DNA from: Candidatus Bilamarchaeaceae archaeon | GTDB lineage: Archaea > Micrarchaeota > Micrarchaeia > Anstonellales > Bilamarchaeaceae | Direction of reading: 5' to 3' | DNA length: 64,000 bases | NCBI GenBank assembly: GCA_038851325.1 | Contig: JAWCKZ010000002.1 | Coordinates: forward strand, 71,888-135,887 | In this document: piece after piece, positions 28,585-40,386 of the stretch | Numbering within the stretch: position 1 is the first letter of the stretch | Layout: each line of letters begins with the position of its first letter | Made by a program: the position numbers and the translations under genes | The notes under the pieces: model-generated | The model's database searches: none | Told to the model about the DNA's origin: nothing | Seen by the model: only the letters and a program-made list of their open reading frames with translations

Positions 28585-28760
28585 CGGGCCTGGCGCGATT
28601 AACAGCCTGCAATAGAAATAACGAAAAGAATTAATATCAGCAGGCTTTTGAACGCGCGACCTGCGGATTTCAGCGGTCTTCAGCAAATAAGCCGAAAACA
28701 TTAAAAGTCCGTCGCTCTACCAAGTTGCTCCAAGCGGGAGCTTGACTGAGCTACAGGCCC
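28585..28760 (-). tRNA. tRNA-Lys(UUU) with three introns (15/16, 37/38, 59/60)
   Basis: Spliced: GGGCCUG UA GCUC AGCUUGGUA GAGC G ACGGA CUUUUAA UCCGC AGGUC GCGCG UUCAAAU CGCGC CAGGCCC G. Introns 28725-28745 (21 nt), 28669-28701 (33 nt), 28599-28646 (48 nt). A27-C43 mismatch; CCA not encoded. Confidence 0.88.
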
Positions 28761-28818
28761 GATTTTTATTTTTAATTTTCATGATTACCTTTATATTTCT
28801 ATTCTTGGAAAACCCTAC

Positions 28819-29742
28819 ATGAACTCAACGAGCGCTAGAAGAAGATTGATATTTGGGACCATAGTTCTCCTTGTTGTAGGATTTTTGCTTGTAGTCATGG
28901 GATTTGTTCTCCTGAGCTATCTTGCACCGTTGATAACAGGGAAATGTGTGGCGGAGGTTGTTATAGATTATCCCCTCACGATAGACGGTAGCCCTGAGAC
29001 GCTCGTATCAAGTGGGTATCCTAGCTCTGAAGAACTCGCTGCACGCATAAGGGAACTCAATACGAGGGAGGATGTTGGGGCTGTTCTTTTTGTAATAAAC
29101 ACTGGAGGCGGATCTGTTATCGCTACAAGAGAGATATACGATGCTATTAAGGAGCTGAAAAAACCAAAGGTTGCCTATTTCAGAGAAACGGCTGCTTCTG
29201 GAGGATATTACATAGCAACCGGGACGGATTACATCGTCTCAGAACCATACGCGATTACCGGAAACATAGGGGTAGTCGCTACTGTTGTTAGCATGGAGAG
29301 TCTTTTTGAGAAGATCGGAGTGAACGTAACCTCTGTCACTTCTGGTGTTCACAAAGATATGGGCTCACCATACCGCAACATGACAGAAGAAGAGATAAAG
29401 ATAATGGAGTCCATCATCTTGGAGGTTTTTGAGGATTTCAAATCTGTTGTGCAGCATAACCGAGCAGGAAAGCTAAAGATTGCACGATTTAACGAAATTA
29501 CGGATGGTAGGATACTGAGTGGAAAACAAGCGCTAGAGGCCGGGCTCGTTGATCAACTGGGAAACAAGAACGATGCCATCATGAAGGCAGCTGAATTGGG
29601 AGGGATAACTGCAAAGAAGCCTGAGGACGTGCGGATCTGCAAGATTGAAGTGAAGCCTCAGGGAGCAACTCTTCTAAGCGCAGAGACAATGCTTAAGTCC
29701 ATAGGTGAGCATTACCAATCAATCGGGGTGTTCATGAGGTGA
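28819..29742 (+). CDS. sppA: Signal peptide peptidase
   Basis: INTGGGS, AASGGYYIA, TGNIGV, HKDMGSP, GLVDQLG. Confidence 0.93.
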   Translation: MNSTSARRRLIFGTIVLLVVGFLLVVMGFVLLSYLAPLITGKCVAEVVIDYPLTIDGSPETLVSSGYPSSEELAARIRELNTREDVGAVLFVINTGGGSVIATREIYDAIKELKKPKVAYFRETAASGGYYIATGTDYIVSEPYAITGNIGVVATVVSMESLFEKIGVNVTSVTSGVHKDMGSPYRNMTEEEIKIMESIILEVFEDFKSVVQHNRAGKLKIARFNEITDGRILSGKQALEAGLVDQLGNKNDAIMKAAELGGITAKKPEDVRICKIEVKPQGATLLSAETMLKSIGEHYQSIGVFMR

Positions 29743-30140
29743 AAAAAAGCAAACACCAGAAAAGGGAAAAGCAGGCTCAGCCTGCGCTACCCAAACATCC
29801 AGGGCTTTGCAGGGAGCCAGATATCCCCATTTTTCTTATCGGGGCGCTGATCGTTCTAGTTGTTCTCTATATCTTTTCCTTTTGGCAAGGACACGGCGCC
29901 GTGGGTGTGAACGAGCCCTATTTGCAACGAGAGTGTGAGGAAGGCACGACGAAACAATGTATGATTGATAACTGCACAGGTTTGGCAATTTGTCGCTCTG
30001 GAAAATGGGAGGGATGCAGATTAGAGTTAGTTTGCACTCCGGGCTCTATAATGCCTTGCATTGAGGACTACTGCGTTATTGGCTACAAAAGATGTAACGA
30101 ATGCGGAACGGGCTATGAGAATTGCACTAAGCGTACCTAA
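29739..30140 (+). CDS. Small membrane-anchored Cys-rich protein
   Basis: One TM, then two Cys-rich repeats (CEEGTTKQC...; CTPGSIMPC...). Confidence 0.7.
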   Translation: MKKSKHQKREKQAQPALPKHPGLCREPDIPIFLIGALIVLVVLYIFSFWQGHGAVGVNEPYLQRECEEGTTKQCMIDNCTGLAICRSGKWEGCRLELVCTPGSIMPCIEDYCVIGYKRCNECGTGYENCTKRT

Positions 30141-30690
30141 TTCTTTTCTTTATATCTTCAACTCGTGCCATAACAGCGCTAAAGCGTTTGCAAACTCTGT
30201 AGCCACTTAGAAAACTTTTTCTGCTTCTTCCATTGTTTATTGCCTTTAGCATTGTGAAAACATCTGTCGCCATATCCTCGATATCGGTTGAAAAAAAGCC
30301 AAGACCAAAATCTATGACAAAAAGCCTTTTTCCAGCTTTTATGAGATTCGCAGGTGTGTAATCTCCGTGAATTATACCGTGATTGTGAAGTCTTGCAAGA
30401 TAAATCCCAGCGATGCGCGCATTGCTCATGTTCATCGTAGGTCTTTTTCCGCTCAAAAGTGTCATTATGATAGAAAAATCATCAACATAGAGAACAGTGG
30501 GGCATGGCACATTTGCCATCTTAGCCCTGTGAAGGAGCCTGGCCTCGGCCTTTGTTCGCTGTCTTCTTAACAGAGTATCGATCTCCTTTAACCTGTATTT
30601 CTTTTCCATTCTTTTCTTTAGGATAGTCTTCTTTCCAAAAAAGCGTACCCTCTTCACAGTTGCCTCAGCGCCTCTGATTCGATCACCCAA
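30127..30690 (-). CDS. bud32: KEOPS complex kinase Bud32
   Basis: GAEA, KKYR, RTKAEARLL, IIHGDYTPAN, IDFGL. Confidence 0.93.
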   Translation of the reverse strand: MGDRIRGAEATVKRVRFFGKKTILKKRMEKKYRLKEIDTLLRRQRTKAEARLLHRAKMANVPCPTVLYVDDFSIIMTLLSGKRPTMNMSNARIAGIYLARLHNHGIIHGDYTPANLIKAGKRLFVIDFGLGFFSTDIEDMATDVFTMLKAINNGRSRKSFLSGYRVCKRFSAVMARVEDIKKRIRYA

Positions 30691-31404
30691 AAAAAAGTCT
30701 CGAGAATGCTAACATGGTAAATAGGATAAAGCACCAGAATACTATGTACCCTACTCCAATAAGATTGAGCGCGTATCCCATGGCAAACATTCCAACAATC
30801 GTGATAGCCCATGTTAGCTTGCTCCATTTAATTACCTTGCTGCCGTCGAGCGGAAACGCAGGCAGCATATTAAATAAGCCTAAAATGATATTTATGAAGG
30901 CACCGAACATCCAGACATTTATTAAGCCATTTTTAACAATCTCTCCGAAGTCAAGGTCTGCCAAAAACGATATGTAAATTCTTATCGGATTGGCGATTGC
31001 AAGAGAGAAAAAGAACATTACTAGCGCTATATTTACTATCGGGCCCGCTAGCGATATAATTCCATTCTCTCTTTTGCTTATCCTCTGTGCATAGATATAA
31101 ACTGCACCCGGGGCAGCAAATAGCATTCCGAATAACGAGACGATAAGCATTAAGATAAGCCCCTGCGTCCACATCTTGAATTTAGAATAGGCTCCATAAT
31201 ATATCGCCACCATTTTATGGCCCATCTCATGAAGCACAAAACCGCTTCCTATCGTTATTACAGATATCGCAACCATGAGCAAAAATTCTGCCGGATGCCT
31301 AAAAATACCTGAAATTCCTTCAAGTCCACCAGCAAACACGATGGAGAGCGCAAGGGATATTGCAATGACGCTTATCAGTATCTCCTTTATCTCGTCCTCT
31401 TCTA

Positions 31405-31417
<13 letters not shown>
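30683..31417 (-). CDS. Site-2 protease family (M50) membrane metalloprotease
   Basis: HEMGH, AAPGAV, AGPIVN, FNMLPAFPLDG. Confidence 0.92.
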
Positions 31418-34873
<3,456 letters not shown>

Positions 34874-34934
34874 AATATCTCCTGATCGCTATTAATCCTG
34901 ATTGCTATTAAAATACTTTATGCCTAAATAATTC

Positions 34935-35951
34935 ATGCGTGCGATGTGCGCTGTTGAGTATACCTGGATTGCTGCAGAACTAAAGGCGCTTGTCGGAAAG
35001 AGACTCTCAAAACTATCAAAGACCGCAAGTGGCTATCGTTTTCGTATCGGGGACTCCGATATTATCTGTCAGCCTCCGATCAGGATTCATACCACAAAAT
35101 ATATCGAGGAGAGTGAAGCGCCAGATCGATTTGTCGAGGAAGTCAGGAGAGAGCTTAGAGGGCGGATACTCAGAGGAGTCGAACAGATAAACAACGATCG
35201 TGTTCTAATGTTTGACTTCGGTGAGTACAAATTATACTTCGAGATGTTTGCAAAGGGGAACATAGTGCTTACAAAAGATGGGAAGACCATCGTGGCACTT
35301 AGGTACGAGCAGTGGGCTGATAGAGAAATAAGACCAAACCATTCCTACATCCCGCCAAAAGCCCCCCCACAGAAAATCAAGGATGTTATATCGGATAAAT
35401 ACATTATTGTTTCGCTCCTTCACCTTCCGCTGGGAAAGGAGTACGTTGAAGAGCTTCTGGCCGCAACTGGCGTTCAAGAGAAAACAGCGGGTATTTCTAT
35501 TACCGAAGGTCAAATTAAAAGTCTCGAAGGGCAACTCGAAAAAATGAAAATGAATTTCAAACCATATGGTTTCTACAAAGATGGAAAACTTGTTGATTTC
35601 GGCCTTTTGCAATTCTCAAAATATATCGGGCTCAGGGTGCAGCCCTTCGCCTCGCTTAGTGAGGCCGCGGATGAGTATTACTGGGAGAATCAGGTTGCAG
35701 AGGAGCCAGCTGAGATAAAGAAATTACAAATGCGCCTTGCAAAGCAGCAGGAATATTTGGAGGCTTTGAAAAGGGAGGAGGAAGAGCTTAGGAAAGCAGG
35801 TGACTGGTTTTATGCTAATTATCAATACGTCGAAACATTCCTTTCCGAAGCGCGTGCTGTCGGTTTAAAGAATCTTGATAGTCTGATGAAAAAATACAAA
35901 GAGATAAGAGCAATAAATAAAGGAAAAAAAGAGATAGAAATCGAGATTTGA
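34935..35951 (+). CDS. NFACT/Rqc2 (NEMF/RqcH) family protein, N-terminal portion only
   Basis: EQINNDRVL, YFEMFAKGNIVL, REIRPNHSYIPP, LGKEYVEE, SLSEAADEYY, coiled coil; only 338 aa. Confidence 0.8.
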   Translation: MRAMCAVEYTWIAAELKALVGKRLSKLSKTASGYRFRIGDSDIICQPPIRIHTTKYIEESEAPDRFVEEVRRELRGRILRGVEQINNDRVLMFDFGEYKLYFEMFAKGNIVLTKDGKTIVALRYEQWADREIRPNHSYIPPKAPPQKIKDVISDKYIIVSLLHLPLGKEYVEELLAATGVQEKTAGISITEGQIKSLEGQLEKMKMNFKPYGFYKDGKLVDFGLLQFSKYIGLRVQPFASLSEAADEYYWENQVAEEPAEIKKLQMRLAKQQEYLEALKREEEELRKAGDWFYANYQYVETFLSEARAVGLKNLDSLMKKYKEIRAINKGKKEIEIEI

Positions 35952-35976
35952 TGCTTATGCCTTCTCTTTTGGGTAT

Positions 35977-36384
35977 TTAGAAAACCTCTTCGGTGGTGAT
36001 TAAGTAGTCTCTGAGAATGTGTTCTGCCTTTCGTGGTTTATCGACCGTCATTGATATTACAGTATTTGTACCATCCCTTGAGACCATATGAACGCTTGTT
36101 ATGTTTATCCCCTCCTTTGAGAGCATGGATGTAATCTTGCTCAGCTCACCCGGTTTGTCAGCAAGCTTGAGCACAAGCCCTTCGAGCTCATTAACCTTAT
36201 AGGAGGATGCTTCCAGGATGCTCTTAGCTCTTTCTCTATCAGACACTGTCAAGCTTATTATTGCTTTTCCACCTACCACATCAACGTTTATGGATTCTAT
36301 GTTTATCTTTGCCTTTCCCAAAATGTAAGATATGTCCGCCAGCAAACCTACTTTATCATCAGCTACGATCACAAGTGGTTTCAC
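35977..36384 (-). CDS. Tandem ACT domain protein
   Basis: DDKVGLLADISYILGKAKINI and DKPGELSKITSMLSKEGINI. Confidence 0.9.
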   Translation of the reverse strand: MKPLVIVADDKVGLLADISYILGKAKINIESINVDVVGGKAIISLTVSDRERAKSILEASSYKVNELEGLVLKLADKPGELSKITSMLSKEGINITSVHMVSRDGTNTVISMTVDKPRKAEHILRDYLITTEEVF

Positions 36385-36413
36385 TCTCTACACCCCCATT
36401 CTTGTCTTATACC

Positions 36414-36713
36414 TTATACCCTATAGATTTGAATATGAGGGATACCATTTATATACCTTATGCATTCTTCGGAGACTATGCCCTCCTTGACTGCTATCTC
36501 CACAACATGTTTTCCCACGAGATTTGCAGACGAAAAACTCTTAAGTGCCTCCCTTATCTCATTTTCTGTTGCTATTCCCCCAACATAAAAATCCTTATAT
36601 GTCTTTAAATCGATACACTCGCCGTCAGTCCCTTCAAACACTTTTCCTACAAGTTCTTTGTCGCACGCAGCCACTATCTTTCCTCCTTTGGTTTCGTGAA
36701 TCTTGAGATACGT
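36414..36713 (-). CDS. DUF424 family protein (ACG start at 36713 or GTG at 36674)
   Basis: (T)YLKIHETKGGKIVAACDKELVGK...FYVG...NLVG...INGIPHIQIY. Confidence 0.8.
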   Translation of the reverse strand, partial: TYLKIHETKGGKIVAACDKELVGKVFEGTDGECIDLKTYKDFYVGGIATENEIREALKSFSSANLVGKHVVEIAVKEGIVSEECIRYINGIPHIQIYRV

Positions 36714-36725
36714 TTTATCACCCTT

Positions 36726-37649
36726 CTACCCGCTTGGACTTTTTATCCGCGCGCAGAGCGCAGATATCCTGTGCCGTTTGCTCAAAGCATTCACAACCTT
36801 TTCCCCATCTCCATCAAAGAACTCTACGCGTTTTGCACCGCTTTGTTCTGCATACGCAACTAGGTCATAGAAATCAGCATGGTTGCTGAGAGGGAAGGCA
36901 GCATCCACATTATAATTGCACCTTAACGCCCATCCTGTTGCGACCGCAACGAGCGTTTTTCTCTCAAAAGCGTTCGTGAGTTTTTCCGCAAATCTTCTCT
37001 TTGCGAGCCGCATGGGAACAATTCCGATAAAAGGATGTCTTAGTGCCTCCTCTGCTTCTGTGGTGCCGATAGCTACTCTATCAAGGTTATGACCAAATGA
37101 ATTGTATACCGACGAGAAAAAAGCTGTTCTTTCTGTTACTACGGGCGCTATGCCGCAGTACTCATTGAGAACTCGTATTATCTCCTGCGCTTTTCCAAGC
37201 TCATACGCACCTATAATAATGTTTTTGCTTTCGTTTTTTCTTACCCACTCTGCAATGGTATTGTAAATTTCGAAAGGTTCTCTGAACCTGTATTCTGGTG
37301 AGGCGTAGGTGGATTCCATTATAAGACGATCGCACTCTACGATTTCAGCGCTCATTCCGAATATGTTTGGCTTAACGGAAAAATCTCCAGTATAGACAGT
37401 TTTGCATCCATCCTCCTCAAGAACGAGTTGCCTCGCTCCGAGAATGTGTCCTGCATTTACAAGTTTTGTTCCATCTACATTGATTCGGAGCGAAGAAGCA
37501 TTTATCAGCGCAAGGGTCTCTTCGCTTGCGATGACCTTTTTTTCTTTTTTTATTCCGTTTGTGTGGTCGCTGTGCGCATGCGATATAAACGGAACATCGC
37601 CATAGCCATGGTCTAGTGCTATTGTCAATCCTTTATGTGGGAGGATCAT
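36726..37649 (-). CDS. Metallo-beta-lactamase/beta-CASP nuclease
   Basis: ISHAHSDH, AGHILGA, YTGDF, MESTY, GKAQE, LSNHADF. Confidence 0.9.
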   Translation of the reverse strand: MILPHKGLTIALDHGYGDVPFISHAHSDHTNGIKKEKKVIASEETLALINASSLRINVDGTKLVNAGHILGARQLVLEEDGCKTVYTGDFSVKPNIFGMSAEIVECDRLIMESTYASPEYRFREPFEIYNTIAEWVRKNESKNIIIGAYELGKAQEIIRVLNEYCGIAPVVTERTAFFSSVYNSFGHNLDRVAIGTTEAEEALRHPFIGIVPMRLAKRRFAEKLTNAFERKTLVAVATGWALRCNYNVDAAFPLSNHADFYDLVAYAEQSGAKRVEFFDGDGEKVVNALSKRHRISALCARIKSPSG

Positions 37650-37747
37650 GCCTCTTCTTCGAGAAGAAGAATTTTAAACATTCCTGGTCCTTCTTTTTTT
37701 TCTTTTTCTGTGATACTTTTTAAGGACTTGCTGAGAGATATCATCCG

Positions 37748-38482
37748 ATGTTAGCGAATTTTTCAAGGTTAAATGGAAGAGAATACATCTGCGACGAGTG
37801 CGGGAACCTCTATGTTAAAGAAGGAGAGATAATAAAGCGACTGTCAATTTTTGACAAACACTTTTATAATCTCCGTGTTTTCTCAGGTGTACCGGTGCTT
37901 GAAATAGATGGTTTGAGGATGCAACCTGTTAAGGATTTTGGAACTCCCCTTGATTACTCAAGGGAACTAATTCGTGCGTTGAAGATAAAAAGATCGTATA
38001 TCGTTATTGACACTTGCATGGGCCTTGGTTATACTGCGCTGGAGGCAGCAAGAAAAGCCGCATTAGTCCGCACGTTTGAGGTGAGCAAAGCAGTTATCAT
38101 GCTGGCCCAAATGAACCCTTTTAGTCAGAGGTTATTTGAGTTAAAAACTGTTCGTATAGAGCATGGAGACATAACTGAAAAAATCCTGAATGTGCCTGAT
38201 GGCAGCATTGATGTGATAATCCATGACCCACCACGCCTTTCCATCGCGCCCAGCCTTTATTCGCTCTCTTTCTACAGCCAGCTTGCACGCGTTCTTAGGC
38301 CTTTTGGAAAGATGTTTCATTACGTTGGGGCTATGGGTAGGAGAAGGCGCCGCGATGTTTCAAAAGAGGTTATGCTTCGCCTTTCTGCTGCTGGTTTTTC
38401 AGTTAGAAAAGCAAAGCGCCTTCAGGGCCTTTTTGCTTTCAAAAGGGCACCCTACATTAAAGATTTTAAACAATTACCTTGA
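37748..38482 (+). CDS. Archaeal SAM-dependent methyltransferase
   Basis: LEIDGLRM, DTCMGLGYTA, IIHDPPR, FHYVG. Confidence 0.88.
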   Translation: MLANFSRLNGREYICDECGNLYVKEGEIIKRLSIFDKHFYNLRVFSGVPVLEIDGLRMQPVKDFGTPLDYSRELIRALKIKRSYIVIDTCMGLGYTALEAARKAALVRTFEVSKAVIMLAQMNPFSQRLFELKTVRIEHGDITEKILNVPDGSIDVIIHDPPRLSIAPSLYSLSFYSQLARVLRPFGKMFHYVGAMGRRRRRDVSKEVMLRLSAAGFSVRKAKRLQGLFAFKRAPYIKDFKQLP

Positions 38483-38491
38483 ATATGCTTC

Positions 38492-39406
38492 ATGCAAAGG
38501 ATCGTTTCGATACTTATTCTCCTACTCTTTCTATTCAGCTGTGTGCCTGGCTGTGTGTCATTTGATAAGGGCAAGAATAGGACAATTGAGAATGCAAGTT
38601 CTATGATAGATAACTGCACAGGTTGTTACGTCGAAGAAGGCACATCTGGTGTTCCGCTGACTCTGAATCAATCAAACCAATCAGGTAGTAGCAGCGAGGA
38701 AAAAATCGCAACTGGCATGGAGACCGTAGGTCAGTCAAACGAGAGCGAGAATGGCATGGAGAAAATTGAGAATGTCAGTGAGAGCAGTGCGCAGGAGAAG
38801 GCATGCATTGGTTTGGAAACATACGATATATTTGTCGCGAATAGCGTTGTCTTCAACGGCGAGAACTACTCTGATATATGCGTTACTGCAGGTGTGGTTA
38901 AGAAATACTACTGTAGAAATGATACAGCAAAAGCAGATAATTTGAATTGCCCGTCCGGCTACTGGTGCAAGAATGGCGCGTGTGTGGAATTTCAGAAAAG
39001 ATGTATTGACCCTGATGGAAATGATACTGAAGCAAGCACCACAATCACAGTTATCCCAGCCCCTTTTGCATTCTACACAGAGTCAGACAGTTGTGAGGAT
39101 GATGCAGTTGTAAGAGAATGGCTTTGCAACGAGTCCGTGCCTTATTACATGCTGATACGATGTCCGTCCGGAAAAAAATGCAGCGAAGGAAGTTGCGTGA
39201 AAAGCCGTTGCAACGAGACAGATGGCGGCGATGTACCGGAAATATTTGGCGAGGTAAGAACAAGAAACGAGACCTACCGAGACGAATGTGTTGGTGATAA
39301 ACAGTTAAAAGAGTACTACTGTTATGGTGACGATGCGACCTTGACTTTATATCGGTGCGCAGATAAGTGTAGAGACGACAAATGCACCCCGGAAGAGGGC
39401 AGTTAG
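38492..39406 (+). CDS. Cys-rich repeat surface lipoprotein-like protein
   Basis: Signal/lipobox LFSC; three repeats of D-x-C...(K/E)YYC/EWLC...C-P-x-G-x-x-C-x-x-G-x-C (third looser). Confidence 0.8.
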   Translation: MQRIVSILILLLFLFSCVPGCVSFDKGKNRTIENASSMIDNCTGCYVEEGTSGVPLTLNQSNQSGSSSEEKIATGMETVGQSNESENGMEKIENVSESSAQEKACIGLETYDIFVANSVVFNGENYSDICVTAGVVKKYYCRNDTAKADNLNCPSGYWCKNGACVEFQKRCIDPDGNDTEASTTITVIPAPFAFYTESDSCEDDAVVREWLCNESVPYYMLIRCPSGKKCSEGSCVKSRCNETDGGDVPEIFGEVRTRNETYRDECVGDKQLKEYYCYGDDATLTLYRCADKCRDDKCTPEEGS

Positions 39407-40372
39407 ATGTCCAATAAACCCAAAAAATACACTGTAAGAATAATAGGTCGTGATGAGAAAGAGCGATTGATGACAAGATACCATAAAAAAGGTCTCTACG
39501 AGTTGAAGGCAGAGATATACGGTACATGTATCAAATTTTTTACAGATAGCACGCTTCTGAAGAAGATGTGGGAAGATAATTTTGAGAAAATGCCTGAAGG
39601 GATAAGACCGCATGCACGTTTGTTTGCCGTAAAGGATGGAAAGAGACTTCGGGTCCTATACGAACCTATATCTAAGACAGTTATAGTAAAGAATTGCGAT
39701 TATTATGGTTGGATAAAAAGTATAGCGCTGGCGCTCGTCGCAGATTTCATGGAGGATTTTACTTCAGAACACCGCCGCTATTCCATTCACGGTTCATTTG
39801 TGGACAAAGATGGGCGTGGACTTGCCATAGTTGGAACGCCGGGCTCTGGAAAAACAACCTTGACCTACGGTCTTCTTTTAGATAAAAGTTTCAATTTTCT
39901 TACGGACGATTGGTTTTTTGTAAGGCTTACTGACAAGAAGGTGGCAGTTTTTTCTTCTGAGAAGAATTCTTACGTTAGGCGCGACCTGGCCAAAAACTGG
40001 CCCCAATTGAATAGTAGATTAAGAGCACTCCACTTAGATAGCAATGAAAGGGCTATTGTGGATGTAAGAAAACTGTTTGGCAACCAGAGGATAAAGAAGG
40101 AATCAACCCTAAGATTGTTAGTTATTCTAACAAGGGAGAACGGAAAACCGCTCCTTCGGAGACTGACCAGAAAAGAAGCGCTGAATTTCATGATAAATAA
40201 CGATTTTTGCAATCCGCATCAACTTATAAGAACCAAGGCACGGATGGCGCAGAGAAAGAAGTTCTTTGATGAACTCTTTTCACGAGTACCTGTTTATTTG
40301 CTCAATACAATTGAAACACCAGAAGAGTCACTCGAAAGAGTTAAGCGGTTGGCTGATAGATATCTTTGTTAG
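39407..40372 (+). CDS. HPr-kinase-related P-loop protein
   Basis: IHGSFVD..GRGLAIVGTPGSGKTT, FLTDDW. Confidence 0.75.
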   Translation: MSNKPKKYTVRIIGRDEKERLMTRYHKKGLYELKAEIYGTCIKFFTDSTLLKKMWEDNFEKMPEGIRPHARLFAVKDGKRLRVLYEPISKTVIVKNCDYYGWIKSIALALVADFMEDFTSEHRRYSIHGSFVDKDGRGLAIVGTPGSGKTTLTYGLLLDKSFNFLTDDWFFVRLTDKKVAVFSSEKNSYVRRDLAKNWPQLNSRLRALHLDSNERAIVDVRKLFGNQRIKKESTLRLLVILTRENGKPLLRRLTRKEALNFMINNDFCNPHQLIRTKARMAQRKKFFDELFSRVPVYLLNTIETPEESLERVKRLADRYLC

Positions 40373-40386
40373 AACCACACTTCTTG

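Noticed and set aside
28664..28675. Alternative anticodon (GAA or UGA) from the 3' end of the anticodon intron
   Set aside because: GAA gives a 6-nt loop and Ser would need a long variable arm; acceptor stem and G73 fit Lys(UUU).
35977..36384. Stand-alone ACT protein as the missing regulatory domain of the RelA/SpoT homologue
   Set aside because: Over 20 kb away, and tandem ACT proteins are common in archaea; no evidence of a link.
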